Assembly (NCBI RefSeq): GCF_009914755.1
Contig: NC_060930.1
Direction: 5' to 3' (one strand)
Origin: the human T2T-CHM13v2.0 reference genome, Homo sapiens
DNA length: 64,000 bases
A program made the position numbers and the translations under genes. Of this stretch, positions 57,123-64,000 are shown piece by piece. The notes under the pieces are model-generated. The model had not been told where the DNA came from. It did not search any database and saw only the letters and a program-made list of their open reading frames with translations. Positions within the stretch are counted from its first letter, which is position 1. Each line of letters starts with the position of its first letter.

Positions 57123-57419
57123 ATTATTTTTTTTTTTTTGAGATGGAGTCTCACCCTGTCATCCAGGCTGGGGTGCAATTGTGTGATCCTGGCTCACTGC
57201 AACCTCTGCCTCCTGGGTTCAAGTGATTCTCCTTTTCTCAGCCTCCTGAGTAGCTGGGATTACAGGCACATGCCACCACGCTCAGCTAATTTTTTGTATC
57301 TTTAGTAGAGACAGGGTTTCACCTTGTTGACCAGACTGGTCTCAAACTCCTGACCTCATGATCCACCTGCCTCTGCCTCCCAAAGTGCTGGGATTACAGG
57401 CATGAGCCACCACGTCCAG
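57123..57419 (-). mobile_element. AluS inside L1
   Basis: Reverse Alu; CTACCTGATT repeated on both sides (TSD). Confidence 0.92.
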
Positions 57420-59135
57420 TGTATGCTACCTGATTTCAACTATACTTCAAGGCTACAGTAACCGAAACAGCATGGTACTGGTACAAAAATAGACATATAG
57501 ACCAATGGAACAGAATAGAGAACCCAGAAATAAGACCACACACAACTATGATCATTGACAAACCTGACAAAAACAAGCAATGGGGAAAGGATTCCCTATT
57601 CATAAATTGTGCTGGGATAACTGGCTAGCCATATGCAGAAGATTAAAATGGAACCCCTTTCTTACACCATATACCAAAATCACCTCAAAATGGATTAAAG
57701 ACTTAAATGTAAGATCCAAAACTGTAAAAACCCTAACACAACCTAGGCAATACCATTTAGGACATAGGTATGGGCAATGATTTCATGACAAAGATGCCAA
57801 AAGTAAGTGCAACACAAGCAAAAATTGTCAAATGGGATCTAATTCGACTAAAGAGCTCTGCACAGCAAAAGAAACTATCAACAGAGTAAACAACCTACAG
57901 AATGGGGGAAAATTTTTTGCAAACTATGCATCTGACAAAAGTCTAATATCTATAAGGAATTTAAACAAATTTACAAGAAAAAACAAAACAACCCCATTAA
58001 AAAGTGGGCAAAGCATATAAACAGACACTTCTCAAAAGAAGGCATACATGCAGCCAACAAACATGAAAAATGCTCAACATCACTGATGATTGGAGAAATG
58101 CAAATCTAAACCACAATGAGATGCCATTTCACACCAGTCAGAATGGCTATTATTAAAAAGTCAAAAAATAACAGATGCTGGCAAAGTTGTGGAGAAAAAG
58201 GAATACTTATATACTCTTGGTGGAAGTGCAAATTAGGTCAGCCATTGTGGAAGACAGTGTGGTGATTTCTTGAAGACCTAAAGAGAGAAATACCATTCTA
58301 CCCAAAGGAATATAAATTATTCTATTATAAAGACATAGGCACACATATGTTCATTGCAGCACTATTCACAATAGCAAAGACATGGAATCAACTTAAATGC
58401 CCACCAATTATAGACTGGATAAAGAAAACGTGATACATGTATACCATGGAACACTATGCAGCCAGAAAAAGGAATGTGATCATGTCCTTTGCAGGGACAT
58501 GGATGGAGCTGGAAGCCATTATCCTTAGCAAACTAATGCAGAAACAGAAAACCAAATACTGCATGTTCTCACTTATAAGTGGGAGCTAAATGATGAGAAT
58601 GCATAGAGACATAGAGGGGAATAGCACACACTGGGCACTGGGGTCTTTCAGAAGGTGGAGGGTGGGAGGAAGAAGAGGATCAGGGAAAATAACTAATGGG
58701 TAATAGGCTTAAAACCTGGGTGATTAAATAATCTGTGTACCAAACTCCCACAACACAAGTTTACCTGTAAAACAGCCTGCACTTGTACCCCTGAACTGAA
58801 AATAAAAGTTAAAAAAAGGAACTGATCTGTGGATTTTGCCTATTGCTGAGTAGGTCTATTTCAATTATGCAAACAAGCACTGAGGAAATAATCACAGAGT
58901 GGTCAGGGGCCCACTGGAACCACTGTGAGAATGGTTCATGTATGTTAGGGCTTCAGGTTTTCTATTCTTCCTAATGTAATCTTGGCAGGTTGTTTGTTTC
59001 CAGGAATTTATCCATTTCCTCCAGGTTTTCCAGTTTGTCAGTACACAATTGTTCATAATAGTCTCTGATGGTCTTTTGTACTTTTGCAATATCAGTTGTA
59101 ATGTTTCTCTTTTCTTTTCTGATTTTGTTTGAGCC

Positions 59136-60106
<971 letters not shown>

Positions 60107-60650
60107 GTTTCCCCCTCTTAATTTTACAGTTCTTCCTCTTCAAATCTCCTTAACATATCTTGATTTTGTTGCTCTTCTTAATCAGTTAGAAAGAACAACT
60201 TATCTGAGTAAGGGTGAGGAGAATTGAAAGGGGTTTTGGTAAGAGCCTTTTCTATAAGCCTTTGCACTAATCCACGAATGCAAGATATAATACAACATTC
60301 TACAAGGATAAGTACACTGATTATGAGAGCCAGTGAGGTGAGAATTGAGGACATGAGTCCTTTCCACTTAGCAAACCACCTTTCCATTAAGCTAGTGAAA
60401 GGATCATTTATTCCAGAGTTTTTAGCTAGTTCATTTGATGAAGCAGTAAGACCTTGTAGTGCTTTTATTATAGTTCGATCAGGGGCAGTATTATTAAGGA
60501 TAAAAGTACAACATTGAGTTCCAATCATAACACAAACCTTGCCTTTTTCTGCTAGTATCATGTCTAGTGCTGTTCTATTTTCCCAAGTCATCTGACTGGT
60601 GGGTCCTAGTTGCTCAGCTATTCCCTCATAGCATCCCTTGTGCAATTAAT

Positions 60651-61431
60651 GGGGTCAGCCCCCGCCAGGCCAGCCACTCCGTCTGGGAGGGAGGTGGGGG
60701 GTCAGCCCCCGCCCGGCCAGCCACCCCGTCCGGGAGGGAGGTTGGGGGGCAGCCCCTGCCCGGCCAGCTGCCCCGTCTGGGAGGGAGGTTGGGGGCGCCT
60801 CCACCCGGCCACTCCCCCGTCTGGGAGGTCGGGGGGCACCTCTGCCCGGCCGCCCCATCTGGGAAGTGAGGAGCCCTCTGCCCGGCCGCCACCCCGTCTG
60901 GGAGGTGTACCCAACAGCTCATTGAGAACGGGCCATGAGGACGATGGCAGTTTTGTCAAATAGAAGGGGGGGAAATGTGGGGAAAAGAAAGAGAGATCAG
61001 ATTGTTACTGTGTGTAGAAAGAAGTAGACATGGGAGACTCCATTTTGTTCTGTACTAAGAAAAATTCTTCTGCCTTGGGATGCTGTCAATCTATAACCTT
61101 ACCCCCAACCCTGTGCTCTCTGAAACATGTGCTGTGTCCACTCAGGGTTAAATGGATTAAGGGCGGTGCAAGATGTGCTTTGTTAAACAGATGCTTGAAG
61201 GCAGCATGCTCGTTAAGAGTCATCACCACTCCCTAATCTCAAGTACCCAGGGACACAAACACTGCAGAAGGCCGCAGGGTCCTCTGTCTAGGAAAACTAG
61301 AGACCCTTGTTCACATGTTTATCTGCTGACCTTCCCTCCACTATTGTCCTATGACCCTGCCAAATCCCCCTCTCCAAGAAACACCCAAGAATGATCAATA
61401 AATGCTAAAAAAAATAAAAATAAATAAAAAA
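60651..61431 (+). mobile_element. 5'-truncated SVA retrotransposon (VNTR, SINE-R, poly(A))
   Basis: GC-rich VNTR units (CCCGGCCAGCCACCCCGTCCGGGAGGGAGG), HERV-K-derived SINE-R (GGGAAAAGAAAGAGAGATCAGATTG...ACCCAAGAATGATCAATAAA), A tail. Confidence 0.96.
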
Positions 61432-61482
61432 AATGAATCATTGCTGATTGTAGTAAATATAATTTACCCAACCTACATTTTT

Positions 61483-61756
61483 TATTTTTCGAGATGGAGT
61501 CTCAGTCTGTCGCCCAGGCTGGAGTGCAGTGGTGTGATCTCGGCTCACTGCAACCTCCAACTCCCAGGTTGAAGTGACTCTCCTGAGTAGCTGGGATTAT
61601 AGGTGCGTGCCACCACACCCAGCTAATTTTTGTATTTTTAGTAGAGACAGGGTTTCACTATGTTGGTCAGGCTGGTCTCAAACTCCTGACCTCGTGATCT
61701 GCCCGCCTTGGCCTCCCAAAGTGCTGCAATTACAGACGTGAGCCACTGCGCCTGGC
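61483..61756 (-). mobile_element. AluS inserted in ERV env
   Basis: Reverse Alu with a small internal deletion; diverged TSD. Confidence 0.9.
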
Positions 61757-64000
61757 TATCCAATCTATATTTTTATTGATAGTCACCCACCTGAATAATG
61801 ACTTAAATCCTGCAGCTATTTGGTTTCAAGCTTTAAATTCATCTGGTACTCCAATAGCATCTATATAAACGTTGGGATCAAAAGACTCACAGGAACAGTT
61901 CTTGTACTACGATGCCTAGTTGTTAATTTTTTTTGTGAATGAAATGCCAGGGTGAAAGAGATAGCCAATTGAATTAGAGTGCAAGTACCACTCCAGTTAT
62001 TTGGCAGAGTCTCCCACAAAGGTCCACCACAATACCACCATACATCTGCTCGGGGATGGATAAGGGAGGACTGATGGGTTAGCTCTTGGAAGTGCTTGAC
62101 CTCACTGCATCCTGTCAGGTTTCCAAGGAAAGCCAGGTTTTCTCCCTGTTGTGAGAGACACGAAGCAAATTTGGTCCCAGAAGATGGAGGCTGAATGGCC
62201 TTCGGGGGCTGACCCGCAGGATGCTGGACCTCAGGGAATAGCAGAGAAAGTGTTTGACATGATTTATTACCCCAGGCTGTGGGGTCTTGGAGCAGAGCTA
62301 CCATGCAGTCCATATCTGGTCTATTACAAGACCATCTCAGTGGAAAGGGGACAATTTGGGCCTCTGGTTTACCATGCGCCCAAGCATAACAATTGCTCTT
62401 ATTTTGACTGTGGATGGAATATTTAATCCATTCCACCCAGGCAGTTGCATCCTGAGACCGTGTTTCAATGGCTAGAGTTTGCCTCAGGTCTTTTACTTCT
62501 ACTTTAGCTACTTTGGTTTTGTCACTGGGTATAGGTGGGGTGATGGTTTGAGGAAGATGTGATAGAGAGGTGGAAGGGGCAATAAAGCAAATTTCAAAAA
62601 TTCCCCTAGGATCCTTTCCTGAGATGTTGGCCTCTATGCCATAAATATGACTTAATGAAGGGGAAGAGTTTTGGGATGTTGCAATAGTAATAGTAAGCTG
62701 AATAGGATTACACTGGTTATATGGACAATCAGAAGAGGCAATCCCTTTTGTAAAATGGATATATGGCTTTAAGGACTGGCAAAGACTGGTGGGAGCAGTC
62801 CAGCCTGGACCTTTGTTGTTCCATAGGACATTAGACCAAGTATAGCATAGGGACTCTGCTTTAAGGGGACAAGAGTCCCATTCCCACCAGTTAATACAGC
62901 TACTATTTTTGGGGTTATCATGATCTTTACAAGAATTTGTTATATCTTTCCAATCTGAGGAAGTTCAAGAGGGACAAAGATATTTATCTGAGGCAGTAAG
63001 CTGTCTTTGGTCCTGTAAATTTCCACAAGGCATGACTAGAGAAGCATCAAAGGTAATAATTTTGGGCAAACTTGATCTAGTTACATTAATGATGAGATGG
63101 GGGCAGTTAAGGGAAGAAAAGAAGAAAAAGAGATAGATTAAGTTTTTCTTTTTATTGTTACTCTGGTGGGAGTTGACGGAATAATGGTCCATGTCTCTGG
63201 AGAAGGTGACGCCTACTTGACTCGAGTATAATGGGCCCACCCTTTCTCAGTGGTCCGAACTACTGTTTCAGTTGTTGTGAGCACCAGATAGGGTCCTTCC
63301 CAGGTAGGCTCAAGCTTTCCCTCTTTTCAGCCTTTGATAAGGACGTGTGATCTCCGGGTTGATGTTGGTGGGCCCGGAATTCAAGGGGTGGAGTCTGTGC
63401 TACCAGACCTTGAGTCCTGAGGGAAGAAAGAGTGGAAGACAGACCAAATACATAATTTCTAAGGAACTGATCTTTTGTTTCGATCATAGGAAGGTCAGTA
63501 GTAGTGTTTAGATAAGGTAACCCATAAAGCATTTCATAAGAAGACAAGCCAAGATCCCTCCGAAGAGAAGTTTGGATTCTTAGTAAAGCAATGGGAAGAG
63601 ATTTTGTCCATGGTAGGCGAGTTTCTAAAATTAATTTGGTTAGATGACTCTTTAAAGTTTGATTCATTCTTTCTACTCTCCCTGATGAAGATGGAGGCCA
63701 GGAAGTATGATATTCCCATTTTATCCCTAATACTTGGATTAGTCCTTTAATAATGTACATGGTAAATTGGGTCCCATTATCTGAATCAATGTTCTCTATT
63801 ATTCCAAACCTGGATATGATATGTTCTAACAGACCTTTGACCACATTACTGGCTGTTGCACTTGGAAAGGGGATGGCTTCTACCCAGTGGGTAAGATGAT
63901 CTACTATTACCGATAAATACTTAAGGCGGCCTATTGGGGGCATTTCAGTAGAGTCAGCTTGGACACTTTGAAATGGCCTTAACCCAGGATTTCTCCCTCC

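Larger units (their letters stand above)
60107..64000 (-). mobile_element. Class I ERV internal region (HERV-I/HERVIP10-like): integrase end of pol (64000 to about 63200) and disrupted env (about 63150-60178); continues beyond window end
   Basis: Integrase ORF 63943-63260 with IDSDNGTQF, SSGRVERMN and YGLPY. Env SU fragment 62436-61861. TM fragment with WENRTALDMILAEKG, CVMIGTQCC (CX6CC) and a hydrophobic anchor. Confidence 0.9.

Noticed and set aside
60651-60905. Regularly spaced GC-rich repeats resembling an array
   Set aside because: SVA VNTR units without unique spacers; this is human DNA and not CRISPR

Overview
Human MHC class I DNA (6p21.3) from just downstream of HLA-C to about 50 kb upstream towards HLA-B. 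The only intact protein-coding gene is HLA-C (minus strand, 8 exons, CDS 14227->11333). Its translation matches HLA-C*06:02 (C2 KIR epitope N77/K80), with a miR-148a-escape 3'UTR and an intact upstream NK-type ETS/AP-1 promoter. Upstream lie three processed pseudogenes (USP8P1 and RPL3P2, each nested in an L1 3' end with visible target-site duplications, and the WASF3-derived WASF5P). Further on are a compound (TG)n microsatellite and a strongly diverged, CpG-rich class I-like gene relic (exon 1-3 remnants plus a class I promoter remnant, about 49.9-51.6 kb). The window ends in the 3' half of a HERV-I-like provirus whose env is interrupted by a 5'-truncated SVA and an Alu. The rest is mostly L1, Alu, LTR and DNA-transposon sequence. 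I see no convincing wholly new biological system. The least explained observations are two short locally templated insertions flanked by direct repeats in the HLA-C upstream region, a miR-6891-like hairpin in HLA-C intron 4, an open ORF0-type frame in an L1 whose antisense promoter faces HLA-C, and the divergent class I relic. Repeat subfamily names, SNP identities and allele names come from recall and were not checked against databases.
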